Positions 38,748-50,706 of a stretch of 53,257 nt of DNA are shown piece after piece. Position 1 is the first letter of the stretch, and the number at the start of each line of letters is the position of its first letter. Made by a program: the position numbers and the translations under genes. The notes beneath the pieces were generated by a model that made no database searches, was not told the DNA's origin, and saw nothing but the letters and a program-made list of their open reading frames with translations. The DNA is from Klebsormidium nitens (lineage: Eukaryota > Plantae > Klebsormidiophyceae), in NCBI GenBank assembly GCA_000708835.1, contig DF237416.1:21896-75152 (forward strand), in the 5' to 3' direction.

Positions 38748-40476
38748 ATGGAGTCAGGGGGTGGCAGCTATGATCTGGAGATCGACGAAGTTGTTTCGCC
38801 TTCAGTCCTGCGCTGCGTCCCGGCACGTCAAAGGTACGCTATAAGTGAACCCAATCCTTGAATTGGCAGCCTGCTATCCTGGTAGCCTCCTAGCCAGCAG
38901 CATGTGCTGAAACTAGGAGACCAGAATGATTAGAAGATTGAATTGCAAGTGAATGGAAGATGTTAACTTCTTGAACTTTCAGTCTCCCAAAAGCTGATGC
39001 GCTCTCTCTTTTTTTTCCTTGACTCACAAAATATTCCAAGGATTATTTCCATTAGTTTCGACGTGAATTTTTAATGTGGGTTTCAATCAGACTGAAATAT
39101 AGGTCCCCTCAACTCAAGATCCTCTCCCAGGCCTCTCCTATGGCTACGTGGCAAGCATTCAGTTGGCAAACTGCACCTGACTGCAAATGGGGCCTAGGTA
39201 TTGAGGTTTCAAAGGCTCCGTTCATGCACCGTCTGTCGGCACTGGCCGACTCTTATCCGAAAAGCAGAATCTGATGACACCAGTGCTCCATGTGCAGACC
39301 TTGTCGCGGTCTCTGGTCGTTGCCTGCCCCTTTTGTAGACTCTCGAGAGCGGGCGCAAACCAGTGAGAGCAGGAAGGATATCCTCCGGAGGTGAGTGCAG
39401 CCTGCTTGCCGTTGTCTGCGTTGGCATGTTTAGCTTTCACTGATGGACTTGCAAGGCACTGCACGTTGATCTGGTTGAACAAGATTTCTCTGCAGCTGCC
39501 TCTCAAGCCTCATCACTAACTCCCTTTTTGATCTGTATGGGAAGAAGAGTGAACTCATCTACTGGCTTGCTGCGGCTCTGGAAGAAGAGTGAACTCGATC
39601 GAGACTTACAAAATGCTTCTCGAGATCACATTCCATTACATCCTTCAATCCTGAGATTGTCAGGGTCCTTATCCGAGTTCGTTTGTCTTCGTTCAGGGAG
39701 ATCGGAGAGGACGAACGAAAACTCAAAAAGGAGACCAAAGAATACCGTCAGGCGTGCAAGCGTGTGAAATCATCTCTGGCTGACAAGGCGGTGGAGTACT
39801 TGAAGGTCCTCAAAGCTGAGCGGCAGAACCTGGATAAGGAGATAGAAGAGATCCAACACGTGGCGGAACGCACGCAAGAGGGAATTCAGGTGCTCCTCTG
39901 CAACATGCTACAATCTTTGTGCCCTATGAGCTGTTCAATGTGCCTGATCATGTAGTTTATGGGTTAGAAGGACCTCTGATTGTGCTCGTAGAATACAAGA
40001 GAAAGGACTTCTTTGATTCTTATGCTCGAGAGAGCGAGCTGAACCCCGTTTACCGCCACTTCGCGAATAATGCATTTCTGGATACGGAGAAGGATCCGTG
40101 TCAGAAGCTTCTGCCTTTTCTGCCCAATGAGCGCTCTTGGTTTTGAGCACGGTGTAAGTTTAGTCGAAGTCACAAAACCTTTTCTCTCAACTTATCTCAT
40201 CCTGTAATAATGTCCACACAGGAGGAACCGTCGGCGTCCGATTGTCAGTGTCAGATGTGCTTCCGGAGGTGGGGCCCCGACAGGCGGCAGGCGGCTCTCA
40301 GCTGCGGCCACGCCATGTACTGTAAGCCGTGCCTGGAGACCTACTTCACGACTCCTCTAGCGCGGCGGACTAGAGACGAAGAGCGATTTGAAGATGACGA
40401 CGAGGAAGATTCGTATCGGTGCCCTCTGGGCTGTGACATCGGTCGTAACACAAGTCTTCTAGAGCTGTTTTTGTAG
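38748..40476 (+). CDS. Coiled-coil plus C-terminal RING-HC finger protein (putative E3 ligase), 4 predicted exons
   Basis: Phase-compatible joins MESGGG..ARQR|PCRGLW..DILRR|EIGEDERKLKKE..QEGIQ|EEPSAS. RING pattern CQMC-x14-CGH-x3-CKPC-x29-CPLGC. Confidence 0.7.
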
Positions 40477-41383
40477 CTCGAGATCTAACTCACGGAGTGA
40501 ACCCACGTGTATAGAAAGTGTTCAGCCCGTTCTTTTATCCTTTATATAGGACAATTCTAAGCGAAGCTGCCTAAGGGCCAAGTCTTGATCACCACGTGCG
40601 ACGAGGCCGAGTGCCGTTAGAAACATAGTATCTTTGGCCTTTATTCGTTCCCGCAAGTGGATGAACCGGAAGATTAACGCACCCATGTTGCAAGTCGTTT
40701 GTTCAATGGGGTCGATTGATGGTGACCACTAGTTGTAATCACTGAACGACGGGACCAGCTTCTCACGAGTCAATACAGGATGAATGGGTTGTTGATAAAC
40801 GCCTCTCATGATATGCCATATACGTTGGCATTAGTAAATCAGCACTTCTCATGAAAACCTCTGCGATTCGCCACTTTTATCTTGCAATATGTTCCTGATC
40901 TTTGTTACGAATTCACGATGAGCAGATTGTGGACGACTCGGCGCAGACAGTACTTCCGTTCCGGAGTGGTTCCCAAGTTCGGCCATATTGCACCCCCACT
41001 GTTGCCACCACTACTGGCAGCTTGGCGCAGGTGGCTCCTAGGTGGCTCGCAGAAGGTGGCCGCCAGTACTTGCACCATACGTCGCGTCCGCTCTGTTATC
41101 ATCAGTGAGCGCCCAGTGAACAGCAGCCGGCGTTGTATTCGTAATGTAAAAGAGTGGTGAAAGAGTCTTTTTTCTGCTTGATGGCTGCGTTGACGTTCAA
41201 TACGATACTTGTGGAAATGATGATCCGATCACAAGTTTCTCGCTCGTGCTTGTAGAGTACTGACTCTATATTGTGCGAAGTACTATAGAGGGCGTGAACT
41301 TGAAGGGCCGTTGAGAAGACGGTGTAGACTGTAGACTCTAAACAAAAAGCCATACAAACAGGAGTTACGAAAGGTAAAAGTTT

Positions 41384-41465
41384 TGCTAGCTGCAGGGCTC
41401 GAACCTGCGAACCCAAAGGGAGAGGGTCTTAAGTCCTCCGCGTTTGACCACTCCGCAAAGCTAGC
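41384..41465 (-). tRNA. trnL-UAA: tRNA-Leu(UAA), long variable arm
   Basis: Acceptor stem GCTAGCT/AGCTAGC plus A; D arm GCGG-AGTGGTCAAA-CGC; anticodon loop CT-TAA-GA; variable arm CCC-TTT-GGG; T arm GCAGG-TTCGAGC-CCTGC; TTTT shortly downstream. Confidence 0.88.
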
Positions 41466-41761
41466 ACAAAAGGTTGAGGAACGTCATTTGCACGCGGAAT
41501 TGACGTTTATATACCTTTTTGTTTACAAAGTACCATCCGAGCCGTACATAGTTTGTCGCCGGGAAAAAGGCTTTTCCGGTCGAGCCCCTGCAGGCCCTTG
41601 CGCTCGGTAAAAGAGGGAACAGGCGACTACCGGTCCCACGTACCGTAGTCACCAGCGTACCTACAATTTCAGACAGGGTACCTATCGAAGGGTGCTTGGA
41701 AACGTTGGAGGTGAGCGTCAGGAAGCGCTTGAGCGAAGGTTCCAAGCGCGCCAACGGAGTG

Positions 41762-44700
41762 ATGCTCCGCCAGGTGGCCTTGCTGCTGAGGCAGCGTCTG
41801 GAGGCCTCACCTGGACTGCACGGGCCTCGTTTGGGCAGGGGCCGTCTGCTGGAGTGTACTCAGCGCCTGCAAGAATGGGCGCTATCGGATGACAGTACAA
41901 GGCAACAAGCGTTCTGTGAAAACCAAACTGAGGCGCAGTGTTTGGTGGCGCCGCGCAGAAATGAAAAGAGGAGTGAATGGGAGTGCCATCAGGCGGACTG
42001 CTCGGCACTAGCTTGTGATGAACCAGGAGGCATTGATGGTGGTACATCTCAGAACAATCAATGCCAGGTCAGGTTGTCAGGATGGGCTTTGGTGAACCAC
42101 AGGAGATGCTCCGCAGGCGCAGCGCGCGGTGGAAATCAGCAGATTGCTTTGCCATTCAGCGCGCTTCAGTTCAACAGCCACCACGCTTGGCTGCCGGGAT
42201 ATGACTCATTTGCTCTGCATGGTCACAAGTCGTACAGTGGCGCCGGGGGCCCCCTCACAAGTACCGCCCACTCCAAGCTGCAGCAACCCCTCCCAACCCC
42301 CCCCAATGGATCAGTTGGTCCCATAGCTGCCCTTGCTCCTTCCCACCCCGCTTCACAAAACTCTTCCACCACCCCCATCGAGGACCCCCCAGTGTCAGGA
42401 ACAGCTCCCAAACGCCCGCTGCTCAAGTCCGGAGTGCTCGATGGCCCCCCCACCGCAGTCTCTCACTGGCTGCAGCGGATCTGTCCTCCGCGCATCTGGC
42501 CTTACGTGCAGCTTGGGCGGTACGACAAACCGATTGGGACATGGCTTCTCGCATGGCCTTGCTTTTGGTCTATTGCGCTGGCGGCTCCCCCAGGCGCGCT
42601 CCCAGACCCAGTGCTATTGGCGTGGTTTGGAGCAGGGGCGATCGTGATGAGGGGGGCGGGGTGCACGGTCAACGACATGTGGGACCAGGACATCGATTCT
42701 AAGGTGGGGGTTTGGGATGACTTGAGCCGCAATCTCTGAAAGATTGGTTCGAAGCGGGGTAACTTTTATTGTCCTAAGTAGCTCACTGTATAGGCATTGG
42801 GCAAGCTATCCAATTCTTCTGCAGACAAACCCAATCTGCATGAAAGGTCAAACCTGGACGATGTCAACGTAAGGAGTGCCATACTGTTGTGAATCGTCCT
42901 ACCAGCACAGGGAGGATTGGTCAGTAACCTAGGTCCCGTAACCTAGGTACCCAGGTTATGTCTAGGTTACGGGACCTAGGTTGTTAACAACCTTGGCATC
43001 ACCTAGGTTACTGTACTAACTTTTGAGTTATGCATAGTTTACGCGAACCGGGGTGCCTAGGTTGTGAACAACCTGGGCAGCACCCAGGTTACATAGATTC
43101 GCACCTTGGTTACGCACAACCTGGGTAGCTTATCCATAACCTGGGAATGTAACGGTGTATAGACTTTGTTTGGAGTACGTTTGCTGACCAAAGGAGCAAT
43201 AGTAGAATGGTAAGGCGCTTGATTCTGGTAGGCACGCTACAGAACGTTGGTTCGAGCCCAAGCGCTTACAGTGGTGCTCTTTTTTTCTCGTCCCAAAATG
43301 GCTTTGAAAAGCACCAAAACAAACACTTTCCCACTCGGTTTTCTCTTTTCCTTTTTGATTTTGACTTTCTTGCGACTTGGGCATGCTTTGGTCCGCTCTT
43401 GGCTACAAGATTGTGTCACTCTTGAGAAAAATTTCAAGTTCCATAACGGCCAAAGAGCATCACAAAGTTTCCTTTTTCTCTCTTTGCGCACATGAGTTAT
43501 CAAGAAACTAGCTCGAAGTTGTTTGCAACCCGGGTCTGCATGGGTTGTGCAGAACCTACTTAGGTCAAGAGCGCCACTCAACCCAGGTCCGAGGTTACCT
43601 GGGTTGCTACCTGGGTTACACCACAACCTATGCAATAACCTGGGTACAACCTGCCCAGTTTAGCAACCAATCCCCCCTGTGCAGGATACGTCTATTTCTG
43701 GTCACTAGCAGTTTACAAGCTTGACCATAGTCCCGGAAGAGTAGAGCTTGGGCTATGGATGGACATCAAGACCTGTAATCACATCCTGATCTGCCTTTCT
43801 CCGAACAGGTCTTTCGAACCCAGGACCGTCCCATTGCGTCCAAGCGCGTCTCTCCCCGCAAGGCCTTCCTCTTCCTGGCGGCCCAGTCGACCGTCGGCCT
43901 GGGCGTGCTCCTCCAACTGAACGACTTCAGCAAAGTGCTGGGCGCCTCTTCGCTCTTCCTGGTGGCCACCTATCCCCTTATGAAGCGCATCACCTCATGG
44001 GTGAGGCCCAGAATCTTGAGGTCAAATCAAATACCTGGAGGTTGTTGTCAGGTTTGAGTAGCTGTGCAATCACAGCCTTCATCCGGGTACTGTCTGCTTG
44101 GGAGTGTGCTCCTGTATTGCGTGAGAACTCGCTTCCCAACAAGCAGATTCGTTTGCTGCCCATGGTCAGACCAAATCAGGAACGGGTTTTTACTGCCTGA
44201 AAAGCGTCTGAAAACCAGTGTCCGTGTGGGATCTGGTAAAGGACCTCCCAATTCAGTATCGTTCGCAAAACGATCGAGCCCTTCGAGGTAACACCCCAAA
44301 ACCCTGGTCCCTTTTCAGCGCTGACACGTGGCCCCTCCTCCTGCAGCCCCAAGCCTACCTTGGGCTGACATTCAACTGGGGCGCGCTGCTCGGTTGGTCG
44401 GCCGTGAAAGGCAGTCTCTTCCTTCCCGCCGTCGGGCCCCTCTACGCTGCTGGCATCTGCTGGACGCTGGTGTACGACACCATCTACGCTCACCAGGTGG
44501 GTTTCGTACCTTGTATCGAAAAGCCGGTGTCAAAACCCCGGGGGAAAGACGCTGGTCATACTCGCCAGCTTGTTTTTTTCTGTATCCTTCATTCGCACAG
44601 CAGTCAGCCGGAGTCCTTTTGAATCTCACAACAGTGCTCGGTTGTTTGACACTCACGTGACATGTGTTGCAGGATAAAGAGGACGACAAGCTCGTTGGTG

Positions 44701-45566
44701 TCAAGTCCACGGCCCTGCGCTTTGGGACAGCCACGCCGCAGTGGCTCGCTGGATTTGGCGCCGCTACGTTGGCGGGGCTGGCGGCGTCGGGGGCTGCGGT
44801 GGGCTTGGAGTGGCCCTTCTATGCCGGGCTGACCGTTGCCGGGGCGCAGCTGACGTGGCAGATAGCGAACCTGAAGATGGACGACCGAGCGGACTGCAGC
44901 GCGAAGTAAGTCTGCTGCATCTTAGAGTAATTAGTCAGTTTGACAATCTTTGTCGCACCTCGATTTGCGAGCTGGCTATTTCTGTTCATTTCACAGACGG
45001 AGTCCCTTTTGGTGAATCTCGTTTTGTTACTGGGTGGTCCGATTGTAGCCCAGAAAAAGGGTCGGGACGTTCGAGAAAGCGACGGGACTCTCTCAGGTTT
45101 CTGTAAGAGTCTTTGGAGGTTTCAAAGCTTTTCGGTACCATCACGTCACTTTGTACCGCTGGTAAACTGCTCCGGTCGCCAATATGTTCAACTAGATCTG
45201 CATTGGTCCTGGGGGTTTCTTTGCGTTCCTGGGCGGCGTGTCCCTAGTTCCGAACCTCATAGGATGCGGCCAAGAGAATGCACAACGGTACCAAAGTTTC
45301 CGGAGCCCCACCCTCTCCTTCACATGCATGGATGCGACCAAGCTGGTCATCCGCGAAATTCTGTGACGTAGCCCGACGCCCCATACCGCACTGTGTTCTT
45401 GTTGCATGCGGACGTCCGTTTACTGAACGCAGGAGAGCACGAACATCTGGGGTCATGCGAAGCGGGTGGATGATTGGTCCACTCTATTTGCAGGTTTGTG
45501 TCGAACAAGTGGTTCGGGGCCATCGTCTTTGCAAGCATCGTGGCGGGAAAGCTGGGGGCAGGTTGA
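41762..45566 (+). CDS. COQ2: 4-hydroxybenzoate polyprenyltransferase (COQ2/PPT1), mitochondrial
   Basis: [38 protein letters not shown]|[40 protein letters not shown]|[20 protein letters not shown]. Arg/Leu-rich N-terminus from ATG 41762. Confidence 0.96.
42906..43681. mobile_element. 776-bp non-autonomous TIR element (MITE) in a COQ2 intron, 3-bp TSD CAG
   Basis: Left TIR cacagggaggattggt (42906-42921) versus right accaatcccccctgtg (43666-43681), 15/16 match; cag flanks both ends; dense subterminal ACC(T/C)AGGT(T) repeats at both ends. Confidence 0.88.
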
Positions 45567-47079
45567 ATGACGCCACCAGCAAGGCACTAGCGCTCTCACA
45601 TCATCAACAGCAGATCAGCACTCTTCGAGCGAACTTGGGAATAACGCATGTGAGCGGCCCTTTCCCTTCGATAAGCTTGCGTCTGCATGGTGCAAAATCT
45701 GCGAAGAAATCAGCTTTCAGTGCACCTTTAGTCTCGATTGGCATCATTACAAAGCCATTAAGCGCAATGCGGTTTGCTTTTTGTTTTGCATCTCCTGCTT
45801 GTGCGGCCGTTTCGTGCTGTGGATCAGCAGATTTCACAAGGCTTGTTTTGGCAGGACGGATTCTTTTCATCGCAACGACGAGTTCTAGAGCGCCTCTGGC
45901 CGTCCAAGGAAACAAGCCGATGTTCCTGATCTTCAATAGTCAGCGAGGGCACTGATTCTTGTTGCTCTTATGTCTTCGCCTCTTTCAGGTGGCTGGCTCC
46001 TTCGTTATATCGCGAGTACCTGGGATTCGCCGTGACCTGCGAGGCCTGAGAGGTACCGCTCACCCATTCAACCAGTGGCGAGAAGCTTCCAGCCATAGAG
46101 TCAGTCGCTCAAACAATGATGAACAGGACCTGGATCTGAAGCTGTTCTGAGCAGTTTGTCGCACGCGTGAAAGAAAAGCGGGACTCAGACTCAAGATTTC
46201 GAGTTTAGACAGTGTTTTTAACCTGTCATTCCCCGAGGCAGCGTCCGCCCGTGGCACTTGCACTAAGTCGCCAGCATTCTCTGTGTCATGTACGCGTCTG
46301 GTGGTTATAACCACATGACGGCTACGGGCTTATAGGTGCTCGCGATTACCACGGTTACTATTAGGTTACCATCGGATGTAAATCCCATGACAGACCTGCA
46401 GTGCGCGTGGAAGTTGGAAGACCACGCGCGTGCACGGAACAGTCACGGTATAGCTATCACCAGTACGTCAACAATTAACATGCGTTCTGTACGTACACAA
46501 CTACTGACAGGTGCGTATTGAACTGAACTGGGCGGCCGGGCACGTGCCTCTGAGTGCTGCAAGCTACATGTTTTATCAATATTGTATACTAAGCGCAGCC
46601 GGCCTTGCAATAACTCACATATGCAAAGTATTTGTCATCATTCACGTGCATGATCGACGGCGGCGCTATGACAATTAGCTTATGCGCACATGATTTGTAG
46701 GGCCTGATATGCAGCTGCTGGCATGTGCAGCCGGCATGGCCAAGATCTGATTTGTCCAATTATGTATCAAGGCCCCTCACCGGCCAACTTAACCATTGAG
46801 GCATATAGGAGTATCGCATGCTAAGGCATGCACTGAGACCAGTCTTCGTCCTGGCAATGGCGACGTCGCACGCTGGCGGCGAACAAGTCCATGCAGTCAG
46901 TCATGTGACTCGGCCGCTAGGGCCTGATCGTATCTTTCCATTCAATCTTCGCTGAATATACACAGGTCCGTGTCAGAATTTTCCACTTAAGCAATTGCCG
47001 CATGCCCTGCCAAATGTCCGCACAACCTATCATCAGACAATGAACAACGCCTCCGCGGCTCTATTGACTGACAAGGACG

Positions 47080-50000
47080 CTACCTTATAGTCCGTTCTGT
47101 TGAAAAGACTTGCTCCTCCGTCTCCCTTCCTATCCGCTTCCGGCAGAAGTTTACCGAGCACGCTTCCGCGAAACTTCGTACGCATCTTACATCCCCCAAC
47201 CCGTACTCTCGACTGTAGCTGTCAGCCGGAGGGGCGCCGCACAGACTACACACCTCTCCCCCTTCCTTTCGCTCCGTGCACAGAAAGCTCTTCACCTGCC
47301 GTTCCGACGCCGCGCGAGCTTTCAGATCGGGCTTCCGAGATTCCCGGAAGAAGGGCCTGTGCTCCCTGGACCACTGGTGAAACACTAGAGCTTCCGGCGG
47401 CGCGTACACGTCCCAGCCGTGGGTGAACAACCGGACGGCCATGATCATCTCCTCCCCAAAGAAGAGCTCGGGTAGATGCGGGCTATATGGGACCTGCAGT
47501 CGGACAGGGGACTAATGAGCGACGCGACGGGGATCTGCTGGCATTGCACTTTGCAGTGCCGGCTAGGGTGGTGTGACGTGTTCGGGGTGACCCCAAACCG
47601 AGAAGCAAAAGCAAAAGCCAATCGGATGCCGGGCCTCAATGAAAACTGCATGTATTGCCCAATATCTTTCGAAATTGCAAACCTTTGCTAAGTCCGGGTA
47701 CTGGCAAGATTCCGGGGGGAGACCAGGATGAGGATAGCTGCATCATCGATGGCCTTGACTGGCATTGATTGAGAAGAACAACAGGTAGACCTCGAGACAA
47801 GGACGGCTGTCCTGAGACTGAACAAGAACTTGCAAATCGATGGGTCTCTCTTGATTGAGGATCCACAAGCCACGCACAGGCTCGCTCAGGCTGAAGGACC
47901 GTAAGCGGCCCCAAATGCACCAAAACCGTGGCAGGACTTAGAAGCACAGACCTCACAAAAAGCACTGCCTATTTCCTGGAGGAAGCGAGTCCCCTCTTAC
48001 CTCCTGGATTACCGCCGACCTCGAGAAAGAGAAGCCCGCCGCCCAGAAAGCGCTCCGCACCGGCTCTCCGCCCCGGGATTCCGCCCGGCGCCCCGTCATG
48101 CGCAGCAATCCGTCAGGCCCGAACTCTTTCGCGCACAGAAATGTGGGCCGCGAGTCTTCGGGAATTGAAGCGGCCGCCCCGAGACCTTCGTAGGGGGGCG
48201 GGTACGAGCTCAGCACCGCTTTCGGCGACCGCGTCTCGGCTGCTGCCAAGGCGGCTAGCAGCTTGGTGTCCCACTGGGGGGCGAAGCGCATGTGGGAGTC
48301 GATCTGTCGGGAAACGGGGCGTCATGGCTTTCTCAGCTAGCAAGGAGTAACCAGACTGTGCGGCGTGCGTTAGGTGACTCTGGCAAATCTCTGAACCCTT
48401 AATCTGGTCATGCATTGAGCATCCGAGTCGATATCGAAGTGGTTTAGGAACCACCTCAACGACGGCAGTCTGTGTGCTCGTCATAAGAAGTTCTTGCCAG
48501 TGACACTTAGACGGTCAGAAGCCCCGTTCATCCAACTTTCACCTACAGGAGCTTCCCGTTTTTCTCCAATGCAACCCGCGGCTCGACTCCATTCCAGCAT
48601 GAATCTGGAACGGCTTCGTTCTTGTGGACAGATTGAATTTTCTCTCTCAGATGGAGCTCCTTCTCCATACTTACAGACAGAGTCACTCTCCCACACCCCC
48701 TCACCTGCAGGAAGAACTCCTCCCCGTCCCACAGCTGCTGCGCCCGGTGCCGCGCCCAGCACGGCCCCGTCGCCTCGCGCCAGTCCACCCGCACCTCCCG
48801 CACGCGCTTCCGGGCGTCCTCGTCCAGCCCCCTGAGGTGCGCAAACTCGCAGTCGTCCCGCTCGTCGATCTGCCACACGATCCCTACCCAGACGCGACCG
48901 GGCAGGTCCGCTTTTCTGAAAAGGTCCTTGACAGTCCACCGGCACTCCGAATCACGGTAGCACACGAGTGAGACGAAAATGCGCTGGGCAGGGGAAAGAG
49001 AGTGGGAGGGGCCGGTAAGAGGAGGGTGTGGTGCAGAGGGGTGGATGGTGTTGACAGCATGAGTGCTTGTCTTCTGCGAGGTGGTTTCCAACGCGGGGTT
49101 GTCGCCAGCCTCTCGGGAACCTTTTCCCAAACCGTTGAGGCAGTCGCCTCTCTTGCTTGGGACCGTAGGTTCCGTTCTGCCAGTGTTGGAGCAACCCTCC
49201 GCTTGAGCCTCTTGTCCAGAACAACCCCCACCCGATTCTGATGCGTCTTGCTTCGCCCCCTCCGAGAACCACGCTGTGACAGCGAAGCGCTTGGCATGCG
49301 CCGGCAGTACTTCATGCTCCATCCCGCTCTCGAACAGCACCACGTTGCCTCCCATGGGAGGTAGGTCGATGCTGGCCCCGTCTTTCAGGAAGAGGCGCAG
49401 CTGTCCTCCGTCGTTGGGGGTCCATTCAGGGTTGAGGTAATAGAGCACGGTGACGGTGCGGTGGGGGCTGCTGGGAGAGCGGTCTCTGTGGCGGACGTAT
49501 CCGGCGCCCCCTCCCTGCGGCACAAAATCCGTGCTAAGATGCAAAGTACCAGGTCACAGCTCTCCTAGCATCTTCATCTGAACACCTTTGACAGCTTGAA
49601 CAAGACAAGGTTGTCAGAAGTGGTGAGTCGAAGCTGAGCCAGTCAAACCAGGGCTTCTCCAGTATTTAGCTAAACACTTGCAAGGAAGCCGGCCGACACT
49701 GATCTCAGCCTTCTATAAAAAGATACAGTGGCAGGATCAGAAAATGACAACGCTTGACAGCAAATTTCCTCACACCTTCTGATTGCAAGACTTCAATAGA
49801 TCAGAAAGTCAACAGCATATGTGAATTGCTGCAGAGAAGAATCTAGTGGTCTGACCTACCGGGTAGCAGGCAAGCTGGAAGGAAACGGGGCCTGACACAT
49901 CATAGCCTGCTTCTTGCAACGGTTGCTTCAAGCGCAGTAGCATCTGTGTCAGGGCTTGAAAGCTCTCCCAACCAGGCTGCAACACTTGGGCCGGCTTGAG

Positions 50001-50706
50001 CCACATACGCCGGTCCCCCCGAAAGTGTTGGTCGATCCACTGAGTCTCGGCTCCGCCCCCCATTTTAGCAGCCGTCATCTCTCCTTCTAGAGCACAGTCA
50101 GCACAGGAACGGGCAGCCGTCACCTGCGCAGGGGAATATCTGTTCATTACGGTGTGGTTTGCATTTGCAGCTGCACTCAATAGTTCACTGCAAACAGGGC
50201 CCGCTTTGCCGTCGTTTATTGAAGTGGTTCCCACCAGATTCACGCACATCAAGTGAATGCAGGACACTTGTTCAGTTTGCCAGACTGCTTGCAAGCAGCA
50301 TTGCATCCTGCTTTCGCACCACCCCAGGACAAAACGGGAAGAGTCGAGCTCTTACATCAAGCTCCACCAATTCTGCAGCATAGAGGACCAGGGAGTTGAT
50401 GTGGCTCACCAGCTCCTTTGTCACCGCTCCTTGGACTAGTGCGTATCCACTTCTTGCAAGTGTATCCACAGCGTCCATCAGGGGAGAGTCCTCATGACTC
50501 CATTGAAACACACTCTTGCTGGTCCCTGCCTCTTGAACAAATGAAGCCTCAGGACCGGAGTCAACTTCCCCGGCTGGACCCTTTCCCCCATTATTCAAAG
50601 ACGTCGCGGATTTTAGGGGTTGCTCTGACTTCTCAAGCAGCGAGAGGATGCGCAGCTGGCAGACGTCCGGTAGGTCAGAGATGGCGCGCACGGGAGGACC
50701 CATCAT
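47080..50706 (-). CDS. Fusion protein: F-box-like N-terminus + PhyA/EGLN-type prolyl 4-hydroxylase + Gnt1 (GT60) hydroxyproline GlcNAc-transferase, ~695 aa
   Basis: Five phase-0 exons: 50706-50410, 50123-49860, 49514-48705, 48303-48001, 47493-47080. P4H: RGDRRMW, CYP|GGGAGYVRHRD (HxD), MEHEVLP, KRFAVTAWF. GT60: RIFVSLVCYRDSEC, GPCWARH, LQ|IDSHMRF..WD, FWAAGFSFS, PELFFGEEM..RLFTHGWD. Confidence 0.9.

Noticed and set aside
41696-41761. COQ2 start at the ORF-track position 41696
   Set aside because: That is a non-ATG start; ATG 41762 gives a typical mitochondrial presequence ([13 protein letters not shown]).
45604-46314. Minus-strand ORFs 45604-45936 and 46060-46314 as an extra gene
   Set aside because: No recognisable motif and no convincing splice chain or start codon; cannot be supported without expression data.
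14078-50706. Functional cluster of organellar redox/cofactor genes (LIP2, SelO, COQ2, P4H)
   Set aside because: Unrelated pathways and compartments, interspersed with housekeeping genes; no evidence of co-regulation, so most likely chance adjacency.
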